A stretch of 64,000 nucleotides of DNA from an uncultured Clostridia bacterium (GTDB lineage Bacteria > Bacillota > Clostridia > Christensenellales > CAG-917), in contig CAUTUX010000002.1 of NCBI GenBank assembly GCA_963542015.1, forward strand, positions 29,415 through 93,414. Reading direction: 5' to 3'. Made by a program: the position numbers and the translations under genes. The notes below the pieces were generated by a model. The model did not search any database. It had not been told where the DNA came from and saw nothing but the letters and a program-made list of their open reading frames with translations. Of this stretch, positions 56,716 to 64,000 are shown one piece after another. Position 1 is the stretch's first letter; every line of letters starts with the position of its first letter.

Positions 56716-57258
56716 TTACCGGTTGTCTTTAATTATAAGACACCGTCTAATATCGAATATAATATCTGGCTCTAGGTTTTGTTCATCAACAAACAATTTT
56801 TGCAAACTTACATGTGGTCTTCTACCCTGATCCTTCTGTTTTTGTATTGTTTCCGTTTTATTCGCTGGATACTTCCCTAATTCTTCCGAATTAATTTTCA
56901 AATCATAAATGTACAAGAGATTGTCATCTAAATTAAATCTTAGAAAAACTAGGTCGTCAAATTTGCATTTTGGACCGAATGAAGAGAGGTCGCCATCAAA
57001 CCGAGATGTTGCTTTAAACTCTATTTTTCTATTTGTTTTAGGATCTGTTGCGTCTCCAACTTCCTCACCCCTATTCCAGAGATAACCAAGACAATAACAT
57101 CCCATTGGTTCACTGATAGCATCAGGCATATTCATCCCTCTATGGCTATTGTTGGAAATATATGCATTTAAGTCTTTCCATCTAAAATAAGCATTACAAC
57201 TTTCATCAATACGAGCCTCATCAATTACAATTTGGTTAAATTTATTGTAAATTGGCAT
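56716..57258 (-). CDS. small type II restriction endonuclease candidate (PD-(D/E)xK; size and context reminiscent of the Bsp6I family)
   Basis: 180 aa, convergent with the methylase. AAGGAGAA SD. Possible catalytic PD (MPDAISE) and E-x-K (KIEFKATS). Confidence 0.5.
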   Translation of the reverse strand: MPIYNKFNQIVIDEARIDESCNAYFRWKDLNAYISNNSHRGMNMPDAISEPMGCYCLGYLWNRGEEVGDATDPKTNRKIEFKATSRFDGDLSSFGPKCKFDDLVFLRFNLDDNLLYIYDLKINSEELGKYPANKTETIQKQKDQGRRPHVSLQKLFVDEQNLEPDIIFDIRRCLIIKDNR

Positions 57259-57495
57259 CTCTCTTCTCCTTCAACAATCTTAACATGGCTGATAAATTCT
57301 TTTCTGTAAATTTATTTTATATTAATTAACTTTTAACATTATTACAACAAGCAGACACCACCACTTGCGATGTCTGTTTGCCTTTTTCTCGTTCTATATT
57401 TTTTGTATACTGTCTTCATTCAAACATTCGTTTAAACTTTTATTTTGCACGGTTAATCTTTTTCATTTTATATTTTGGTGTGTCTATTCCGTTTT

Positions 57496-57972
57496 TTATA
57501 GTTCTAGTATCGGTCGATCGTTAATATTGTCTGTAGTCTGTTCTGTCATTGGCTGTATTTTGCTTAACATGCACTTAACATTGCAAAATCTGATATCTTT
57601 ATCTGGTTTAATTTTAGCAACCTTCCAGTTGTCGTTTTCATATAAATATATATATTCAATCCACGGATATAATCGTTCATTGTCTAGATCAATTAATTTT
57701 GCCTTTGTATCGTCACACTCCGCGTCTCTACCGTATGCAACACATACCCCAGGTTCTTGATTATGTATACTGTGTTCTCTCCATTGAGGATTTATTTTTT
57801 CTCCCAAGCATGACAAATCGCCAAGAGCAAGTAATTCATCGACCTTATCTGAAGTGTTGTAGTTTTCAAACAGTATTCTTCCATTATTACTAATATATCC
57901 ATCATGATGACAATAAATGCCTATAATATTCCCATCTTCCATTTTTTTACATATATAGCTTCTTGTACTCAT
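57496..57972 (-). CDS. hypothetical protein of the conjugative module
   Basis: ATG 57972 (MSTRSYICKK...) follows AAGGAGAG. Contains GIYCHHDGY. The ORF-track extension to 58038 overlaps the upstream gene. Confidence 0.55.
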   Translation of the reverse strand: MSTRSYICKKMEDGNIIGIYCHHDGYISNNGRILFENYNTSDKVDELLALGDLSCLGEKINPQWREHSIHNQEPGVCVAYGRDAECDDTKAKLIDLDNERLYPWIEYIYLYENDNWKVAKIKPDKDIRFCNVKCMLSKIQPMTEQTTDNINDRPILEL

Positions 57973-57997
57973 TTCTCTCCTTTTATTTGTTTTTTTG

Positions 57998-58384
57998 TTA
58001 TTCTCGTATCCAACCCATATATCGTTCACGACTCTCACAATTATTCATGTTCAGATAATCTCCGATCTCCTCTATTTGTTCTCTTTCTAAGCTTGCTGGA
58101 TTGTTCCTATCATCTAGTGCAAAAAGTACGGCTGTTCCAAACACACTACTCCCCTTCTCTGGAATGAAAAAATTAGGATCTTTACCTCTTATTTTTGCTC
58201 TATCATTTTCATACCCATATACTCCCTTTATTGTCGGTATTTTAAATAGCTTAATGTATCCATCTACCAATGATTGCATTAAGAAGAGGTCGGGTATCAC
58301 CTCTTCTATTACAACTTCTTCCATTGGGTTTTTTATTGCCACGGTTATAGGATCTCTTTCTGCTCTAGTCCAAAGAAATCTCAT
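57998..58384 (-). CDS. DUF3846-like protein
   Basis: 128 aa. PDLFLMQSLVDGYIKLF ... YENDRAKIRGKDPNFF ... GTAVLFALDD matches the DUF3846 pattern as I recall it from Firmicutes conjugative elements. Confidence 0.5.
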   Translation of the reverse strand: MRFLWTRAERDPITVAIKNPMEEVVIEEVIPDLFLMQSLVDGYIKLFKIPTIKGVYGYENDRAKIRGKDPNFFIPEKGSSVFGTAVLFALDDRNNPASLEREQIEEIGDYLNMNNCESRERYMGWIRE

Positions 58385-58508
58385 CTCTCGCTTTTTCTTC
58401 CTCCTGTTTTATTAGTTCTTCTGCAAGTAGTCTCCTAATATATTCCTCTATTTTCTTTTTTATAATCTCTTTTTCTTTTTCAGTTTCTTTTTCTTCTTTT
58501 CTCTTCAT
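58365..58508 (-). CDS. possible 47-aa K/E-rich coupling ORF
   Basis: Hand-found: MKRKEEKETEKEKEIIKKKIEEYIRRLLAEELIKQEEEKARDEISLD. Its ATG overlaps the upstream TGA (ATGA) and its end overlaps the next start. Low-complexity, so uncertain. Confidence 0.3.
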   Translation of the reverse strand: MKRKEEKETEKEKEIIKKKIEEYIRRLLAEELIKQEEEKARDEISLD

Positions 58509-59374
58509 TTCATATTCTCCTTCTCAATTTGTTCTTTCATATCAGCTTCTACTTTTTCCTTCACATTCCTTATCTCATTTTTTGATATGAATCTATCAAT
58601 GCCATAAATCATAGTGTTTGCCAGCCTCATTGCGTTATTGATGTTTGTTTTGAATTTCATAATTTCACTGTCTGAAAGTTCAACAAATTGTTTCATGAAT
58701 TTTTGATTCATTGCATAATCAATCCCTATATGGCTAAGTATCATTTCCACAGCAGAATCTATTTCCAACTTTTTGATATTTGTAATATTAGTGTCCTCTG
58801 CTTTTTGCTCTCCATTTATATCTAATGACTTCGCTATTGTTATCTGTGTAACTAAAACTTCTACATATTTCTTTCTTGGCAATGTCTCATTTATTTTTAT
58901 TTCTTTTTTTTCAATATCAATGACAGCATCATATATCGCAGATGGCTCCATCTCTAATATCCTGTATTTTGTTGACTGTGCCTTAACCGCATCTGTTAGT
59001 TCTTCAAACGCATGTACATATGCGTCTTGTGCCGTGAACACTTCTTTGTTGTTTCCAGTTGTCTGTGAAAGATCAAAAACATAGCCCGTTCTATATATAG
59101 GCATTCCGTCTGGTCCGCTTTGTTTAAGAATTATTTTTATCCCCTTTTCTCCCTTGTTTACTCGCCTATTTAAGTTATTCCATTCTTCTAAGCATCTCAC
59201 CTTACTCACATTCTGTTTTTGTAAATTTATAAGTATCTGATTTTCTATACTGTACTCTTTTATTGGTGGCATCTTTTTTAACATGTCTGGATACCTACCA
59301 CTTTTAATAATCCGTATTAACTCTCTATTTGCTTCTGCAAAAAGCTCGTCCGCACTCATCGTCTTAGCATTCAT
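58505..59374 (-). CDS. ArdC N-terminal-domain-like ssDNA-binding protein (no metalloprotease motif seen)
   Basis: YSIENQILINLQ...VRCLEEWNNLNRRVNKGEKGIKII resembles the DUF1738/ArdC-N block. No HExxH. ATGA overlap with the virB4-like gene. Confidence 0.55.
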   Translation of the reverse strand: MNAKTMSADELFAEANRELIRIIKSGRYPDMLKKMPPIKEYSIENQILINLQKQNVSKVRCLEEWNNLNRRVNKGEKGIKIILKQSGPDGMPIYRTGYVFDLSQTTGNNKEVFTAQDAYVHAFEELTDAVKAQSTKYRILEMEPSAIYDAVIDIEKKEIKINETLPRKKYVEVLVTQITIAKSLDINGEQKAEDTNITNIKKLEIDSAVEMILSHIGIDYAMNQKFMKQFVELSDSEIMKFKTNINNAMRLANTMIYGIDRFISKNEIRNVKEKVEADMKEQIEKENMK

Positions 59375-61671
59375 AATTTGAACATTCCCTCCTTATCACT
59401 CTTTTCAAGCTGTATTAATGAGAACTCATTTCTATCTTCAACAAATATCATTTCACCTCTTTTCAATGTTGAAATATCACACAGTCCATCCCCCTTGGCT
59501 GTTATAAAGGTGTTTTCAACATCTTTCCACTCTCCCTGTGGAATTTTAAAAATCATTGCATACTGTGCTGCACTTAATGGAGACATCGTCTTTTTTTCAT
59601 ATTTACCCTCCGACTGAAAGTCCCTTAGCGACTGAGTTGCTAGGATCATCATGCCGTCATATTTTCTTATTCTTTTAGACAACAGGTATATGAAATCCAG
59701 AGCGTCCTTCCTACATTCGTCGAGTAAAATATGACTCTCGTCAATTAATACAATTACTTTTCTACTCGTTTTGTGAATCTTGTTGTATTTGATATTTTCA
59801 AAAATTGTTTTTTCTATCTCCTTAATCGTCAGCATTAAATATGCATTAAACAACCCTCTATCTTTTTCTTCAAAAACTCTTGAAAAGTCAAAGCATACAC
59901 ATCTTCTATTTCCATCCAGCACAGTCCTCTCTGAATCACTAATTCTTCTGATAACTGGTTCTATTTTGTTATATACACTTTTTGTTTCTATCCTTTCTAG
60001 GAGCTGTATAAAAGTTACTTTATCAACTTCTTCATATGCCCGTCGTGTGACATTGATAAGCTCTTCTAATTCCTCTGGTTTTAAATTCTGAAAGAGCTGT
60101 TGATATAATGTCTTCAAAAATTCCATATGCATTAGGAATTTAAAATCCTCAACATCCAGATCGTTTATCTCAAATGGATCAAATGGTATCGTATGTTTTA
60201 TTGTTTTTACTTCGCCATGAAGATATTCACAAAGTTTCTTATATTCACCCTCAATATCCAGAATCATTATCTTACTGTCCTTTACAGACAAATTGATTAA
60301 CAGATCTTTTGCACAGTATGATTTCCCACTTCCTGGCGTTCCTAATATCACCAAATTGGAATTTAAGTGCCTGGTGTCTCTTTTAAAAAAATTAACAAAG
60401 TTTGGCTCCTCAGAATTTACATATATCCCATCCTTATCTTCGACTTCGTACTTTTGGAATGGAAACATATATGACAGTGTCGTTGCATCCATCGTTATAC
60501 ATTTCTTCTGCATAAATTTATTTCTTGATATCAGATCGAAAATCTGTTTTTGCAAAAAGACTTCATCTTTGACCTTAAATCCCTCTGTCCCTAATTCTTT
60601 TTTATTCGCCTTTTTGTTTTTATTTTCGCCACTTTTGTCAAAACACTGAAAAGTTGCTACCACTTCATATATTTTGTCGCCATTTTTGATACTAATTAAA
60701 ATTTCTTCCAATGCACTTTGAAGATCCTCTGCATCTATATCGTCGCTCTTTTTTCTTCTCTTCCTGCTCTGCATTTCAAATATTGCCTTATCTAATTTGC
60801 GTATGCTTACGGCTCTATCTGCTTCTCGTATATCAACATAGACATTTGCTTGCGTATTGAATAAATCAATTCCATATCCCATGTCCACAACTTTTTTAAA
60901 TTGTGATAAGGTTTGCCAACAACCTGTGCAACCGCAAAAATCATAGCTGTTTGTCTTATATCTTACTTGCTCATTATTTTGTGGAAATGCAATTTGTAGA
61001 TATTCTTGTTCTGACACTTCCTTGCATTGCATTCCCATGCTTTCAAATATTTCTATCGCCTCTGCTGGATCACTTTCAAAAGAGATGAAGTAACGGTAAC
61101 ATAAATATTCTTCTTGTTCCCTACTATATAACTTTTGAATGATACCCTCTGCAATTGCTATTCTGACTTCGTATTCATCTTGTTTTAGAAGCCCTTCTTT
61201 GTAACTCTCCTTTAAATTCTCAATATTTGTCTTATATTCTTCTATTTGTCGTGTATATTTTTTTAAGTCTAAAACCTTTGAAATACGGCAGTTTTTGATT
61301 GTGCCTATACCTCTTTTAAAAACTTCTATAACTTCTAGCCTTCTTCCATCTGTACTGCTAACAAAATTTAGTCCACTGAGCTCAATATATTTCCGTGTAC
61401 TTCCTACAATTTCTTCCTTTACTTTTTTCTTTGATACCGTAAATCTCATTGCATCAACCGCATATAAATACAGGCTTTTATCGTCTATGCGTATTAACGA
61501 GATACATGTCACTAAAAATATTAATATGCTTACTACTAATCTTTGTTTTGTGTATTTTGTTAAAATGCCAGCGACTAACATTAGGGTTGCTATAAGCACT
61601 AACATTTCCACATATCCAAGTCCTTTGTAAAATTTATGTCTTACCTTTGTTGTATATGGTATGTATCTCAT
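59371..61671 (-). CDS. VirB4/TraE-family conjugative ATPase with an N-terminal two-TM (VirB3/PrgI-like) segment
   Basis: 766 aa. Walker A GTPGSGKSY, Walker B VIVLIDESH, ILATQS. N-terminal hydrophobic hairpin VEMLVLIATLMLVAGIL...LVVSILIFLVTCISLI. Confidence 0.8.
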   Translation of the reverse strand: MRYIPYTTKVRHKFYKGLGYVEMLVLIATLMLVAGILTKYTKQRLVVSILIFLVTCISLIRIDDKSLYLYAVDAMRFTVSKKKVKEEIVGSTRKYIELSGLNFVSSTDGRRLEVIEVFKRGIGTIKNCRISKVLDLKKYTRQIEEYKTNIENLKESYKEGLLKQDEYEVRIAIAEGIIQKLYSREQEEYLCYRYFISFESDPAEAIEIFESMGMQCKEVSEQEYLQIAFPQNNEQVRYKTNSYDFCGCTGCWQTLSQFKKVVDMGYGIDLFNTQANVYVDIREADRAVSIRKLDKAIFEMQSRKRRKKSDDIDAEDLQSALEEILISIKNGDKIYEVVATFQCFDKSGENKNKKANKKELGTEGFKVKDEVFLQKQIFDLISRNKFMQKKCITMDATTLSYMFPFQKYEVEDKDGIYVNSEEPNFVNFFKRDTRHLNSNLVILGTPGSGKSYCAKDLLINLSVKDSKIMILDIEGEYKKLCEYLHGEVKTIKHTIPFDPFEINDLDVEDFKFLMHMEFLKTLYQQLFQNLKPEELEELINVTRRAYEEVDKVTFIQLLERIETKSVYNKIEPVIRRISDSERTVLDGNRRCVCFDFSRVFEEKDRGLFNAYLMLTIKEIEKTIFENIKYNKIHKTSRKVIVLIDESHILLDECRKDALDFIYLLSKRIRKYDGMMILATQSLRDFQSEGKYEKKTMSPLSAAQYAMIFKIPQGEWKDVENTFITAKGDGLCDISTLKRGEMIFVEDRNEFSLIQLEKSDKEGMFKL

Positions 61672-62809
61672 TTTTTATTTTCCTCGCCTTTTCTTTTATT
61701 GTTGGTATCTTCTCTGCAACTTTATCTGTTACTTTCTTTACTACCTTTACTGCACCAACCGTGTGTGATATAACTCCAACCGTTCCCGCTGTTGTCGCTC
61801 TTATCGAATGAATTATTTCGTTCATTCCTAAATTGCTTTGTCCCTGCGTTATGATTCCAGAAATCATGTAGTGTGCATGAACCGCCGCCACTGCTCCTCC
61901 AATTAAAAACAGCATTTTTATAACTCCGTTTTTTGCTGTTGCAGAGTAAAAATCCATCTTCACAATCTCATGCATAAGCATAAAGAAAACATTTAGTGAT
62001 ATCACAATCGCATGGGCTGATATAACTTTTGAGATCATTATTTCTTTTAACACATGCATTCTTGAGCCATCATCAACAACTCTTGTCGCAACAGCAAATG
62101 GCGACATCATATACAGCAAAATGACATCAAAAATTCTACGGACAAATAATATAGATCCTACCGTCAGAGTGATAAGGATTATCCCTCCACCTAATATCGA
62201 TGCAAAATAATTCATATGCAACGGACTATAATATGCGTAGATGTCTACAATGTTCGTATATGATAGTTCACCTCTTAAAAACATTTTTTCTATTTCTTCT
62301 CTGAAAGCAGGATCTCCTATATAAGCACCTTCCGAACTTATCAAGAATAATTCGCCTCCAAATTTAATTTCTCCGACTGTCTCCGTATTGAGCATAAGCT
62401 TATATATAGCCCCAGCGATTGTGTTTGAAAGAACCACCAATCCCATGAGCATAAAGGGTATTAAGAGAAATAATACAAATGATAATACTGCATGCTTTAC
62501 CAGCTGCCCCCTACTTTGCTTGTTTAAGTCTTCTTTTGCTGTGTCTTTAATAATCCTTATTATCAAAAATAAAAACAGCAATACCGTTGCTATTAGTACT
62601 ATCCCCCAAAACACCTTACTTACATTTCGATCAAATATGAAATGCTTCACTAAGTCCTGTGGCTGCTTATCTCCAGATACTGGCTCGAGTCCAGCCAGTA
62701 CCCTAAATGTAGATGTTATAAAATCTAATATTTTTAATATCCAAATCTGAATTCTTAAAAGTATTTTTGCTATAAACACTTTAAGGAGTGTCGCATTATC
62801 TGTCAGCAT
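61634..62809 (-). CDS. polytopic VirB6/TrbL-like channel protein
   Basis: 391 aa with 6 or more TMs. Its position between the pilin-like gene and VirB4 is typical. 38-nt overlap with the next gene. Confidence 0.55.
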   Translation of the reverse strand: MLTDNATLLKVFIAKILLRIQIWILKILDFITSTFRVLAGLEPVSGDKQPQDLVKHFIFDRNVSKVFWGIVLIATVLLFLFLIIRIIKDTAKEDLNKQSRGQLVKHAVLSFVLFLLIPFMLMGLVVLSNTIAGAIYKLMLNTETVGEIKFGGELFLISSEGAYIGDPAFREEIEKMFLRGELSYTNIVDIYAYYSPLHMNYFASILGGGIILITLTVGSILFVRRIFDVILLYMMSPFAVATRVVDDGSRMHVLKEIMISKVISAHAIVISLNVFFMLMHEIVKMDFYSATAKNGVIKMLFLIGGAVAAVHAHYMISGIITQGQSNLGMNEIIHSIRATTAGTVGVISHTVGAVKVVKKVTDKVAEKIPTIKEKARKIKNEIHTIYNKGKT

Positions 62810-62810
62810 A

Positions 62811-63086
62811 TTATCCTACCTTGTTTGTAACCCACTCTTGCAATATTGGCATTGCTATCTTTAAAGAAACTATAAGAACAAAAATTAGTAAGAAACCTAT
62901 TATTGCTCCGACTAAATCTTTTTTTGCTTTTTCTCTCGAATTCTGCTCATCCGCCTTGGCAACCTTTATTCCAAGAAAAATACAATATATTGTTCCTATT
63001 GCCCCTATCACTGCAATCAAGGGCCATAAAATTGCATTTACAACTTCCAGAACAGGAACTATCACTGGATTAAAATCTACATTCAT
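62811..63086 (-). CDS. VirB2-like or pilin-like small two-TM protein
   Basis: 91 aa. Two hydrophobic helices flank a charged loop (KVAKADEQNSREKAKKD). ATGA overlap upstream. Confidence 0.55.
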   Translation of the reverse strand: MNVDFNPVIVPVLEVVNAILWPLIAVIGAIGTIYCIFLGIKVAKADEQNSREKAKKDLVGAIIGFLLIFVLIVSLKIAMPILQEWVTNKVG

Positions 63087-64000
63087 TTTTTCTTCTCCTT
63101 TTTGTTTTTCTTTTTCTTTTTAACAACAAAAAATATGGCTACACCAGTAGCAACAGCTATTGCTATAACAATGGGAATTATTATTCCTGCTTTAGATTTC
63201 TTTTTTATAATTTCAAATGATACTGTGTTTGTGTTTCCAAGATTGTCAACAGCTGTAACTTCGTACTTGCCAACTTTGTCGCAAATGATGCCAGTAAAAT
63301 ATTTGATTGTTTTGCCATTATATTTCAAAACTGTTTTCACCGTTTTTTCGGTATCAATACTCGCTTTATATCCTTTCCCATTTTGTATTCCTGTTATCTT
63401 TATTTGTGGCTTTTGATTTATAATTTCAAATTCACATTTGCTGTTATGGAAAGCTATTAAGTATTTCCCAGACTTGTTAAAAACCGTCTTGCCCTTTGTT
63501 ACATCTCCATTAACTGTTGCTTGAAGATCTTCAAAATCATGAGATATTTCTCGAGATATTTTGGGAACAATTTGAAATCTTATTGTCTTAATGTTTCCAT
63601 AACGATCATTTGCCACAAGTATATAATTACCAGCACTAATCAGCTTGCCTTCGCTTGGAACTGTTTTACCGCCAAAAGTTAAACGCATTGCTAGTTTTTC
63701 TTTCGGCACGATCTCAACTGAATTATATATACCTCCATTTTCAATTCCCGATATATCTACATCTTTATCTATCTCAAATGATATCTCCGAACTATTACCA
63801 ACTTCGTCTGTCGCCTTAATTATGTACTTACCTGTCTTGTTAAAAGTAATTTTAGTATGTCTAACCCTTTCGTTATTGACGCTTACGATGTCTGCGTTTT
63901 TAATTTTGATTGTCACATCTCGATTGCCTATTCTTTCATATTCACCAATTATTTCTGGCGGCGTGTTATCAATTTCAAAATTAAACTCTTTTAAAAAACC
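63083..64000 (-). CDS. surface protein with repeated Ig-like domains, C-terminal TM anchor and poly-K tail (5' end outside window)
   Basis: The reading frame stays open from 63917 to 64000 (…FLKEFNFEIDNTPPEIIGEYERIGNRD-VTIKIK…), so the ORF-track GTG start at 63916 is probably internal. Three repeats end in G.Y.(I/V).A.D..GN....(I/V)(S/R)F(E/Q)I. The C-terminus is IIIPIVIAIAVATGVAIFFVVKKKKKNKKEKKK. Confidence 0.65.
   Translation of the reverse strand, partial: GFLKEFNFEIDNTPPEIIGEYERIGNRDVTIKIKNADIVSVNNERVRHTKITFNKTGKYIIKATDEVGNSSEISFEIDKDVDISGIENGGIYNSVEIVPKEKLAMRLTFGGKTVPSEGKLISAGNYILVANDRYGNIKTIRFQIVPKISREISHDFEDLQATVNGDVTKGKTVFNKSGKYLIAFHNSKCEFEIINQKPQIKITGIQNGKGYKASIDTEKTVKTVLKYNGKTIKYFTGIICDKVGKYEVTAVDNLGNTNTVSFEIIKKKSKAGIIIPIVIAIAVATGVAIFFVVKKKKKNKKEKKK

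Larger units (their letters stand above)
57259..64000 (-). mobile_element. left part of an integrative/conjugative element or conjugative plasmid-like module; boundaries not determined
   Basis: A contiguous, translationally coupled operon of T4SS and leading-region genes (see the individual CDS). It continues beyond the window. The adjacent R-M pair, LRR protein and orphan methylase may be cargo. Confidence 0.55.

Noticed and set aside
57340-57385. Hairpin CAGACA-13 nt-TGTCTG as terminator of the ICE operon.
   Set aside because: On the minus (operon) strand it is not followed by a U run. The T-rich tail is on the plus strand, where no upstream gene exists. The stem is only 6 bp.
43290-57495. 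Direct repeats of the tRNA-Ile/Ala 3' ends, or inverted repeats, that would delimit a genomic island or the left end of the ICE.
   Set aside because: I scanned the intergenic regions (43290-43451, 45436-45556, 52990-53141, 54180-54301, 55418-55709, 57259-57495) by eye and found no convincing repeat. A computational repeat search is needed before any boundary claim.
1-64000. CRISPR arrays, rRNA genes, transposases/IS elements, integrases, reverse transcriptases/retrons, toxin-antitoxin pairs.
   Set aside because: No spaced direct repeats, rRNA-like conserved stretches or corresponding protein motifs were seen in the sequence or the six-frame track. ORFs under 60 aa were only inspected in intergenic regions.

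Overview
AT-rich, standard-code (TGA = stop) window. It looks like a low-GC Bacillota or Mollicutes-like organism: many lipobox lipoproteins, TM-anchored surface proteins, and no LPXTG motifs seen. Genes are packed tightly and mostly on the minus strand, often with ATGA or TTGA start/stop overlaps or a stop codon lying inside the next gene's Shine-Dalgarno. Positions 1-43 kb are core genome. They hold an operon of three very large envelope proteins, a CIRCE-controlled hsp20, and a long co-directional minus-strand array (27736 down to 9485). That array runs Wzy-like B, asnS, asnA, aspS, a DUF5050-like lipoprotein, Wzy-like A, a ~700-nt gene-free gap, a GlmU-acetyltransferase::GlmM fusion, galE, an ABC exporter and a 982-aa beta-helix surface protein. 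After it come trxB, gdhA, transporters, rpsF-ssb-rpsR and proS. Positions 43-64 kb look accessory. They hold a stand-alone tRNA-Ala/tRNA-Ile pair, an M.HaeIII-like R-M pair, ung, an MFS transporter, a lipoprotein plus MacB-type ABC system, an orphan C5-methyltransferase, a BspA-type LRR lipoprotein, a second convergent C5-MTase/small-REase pair, and the left part of a conjugative element that runs off the right edge. That element encodes an ArdC-N-like protein, a DUF3846-like protein, a VirB4 ATPase, a VirB6-like protein, a pilin-like protein and an Ig-repeat adhesin. I found no rRNA, CRISPR array, transposase, integrase or reverse transcriptase. The observations most worth follow-up are: a G9 tract in a promoter spacer; the glmU'-glmM fusion with a possible decayed uridyltransferase relic upstream; a promoter-to-terminator sRNA candidate with a C6 anti-SD motif; three Dcm-type methyltransferases within 13 kb; the compact T4SS module; and two operons of giant unannotatable envelope proteins. 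All family assignments rest on motif recall by eye, with no searches run.
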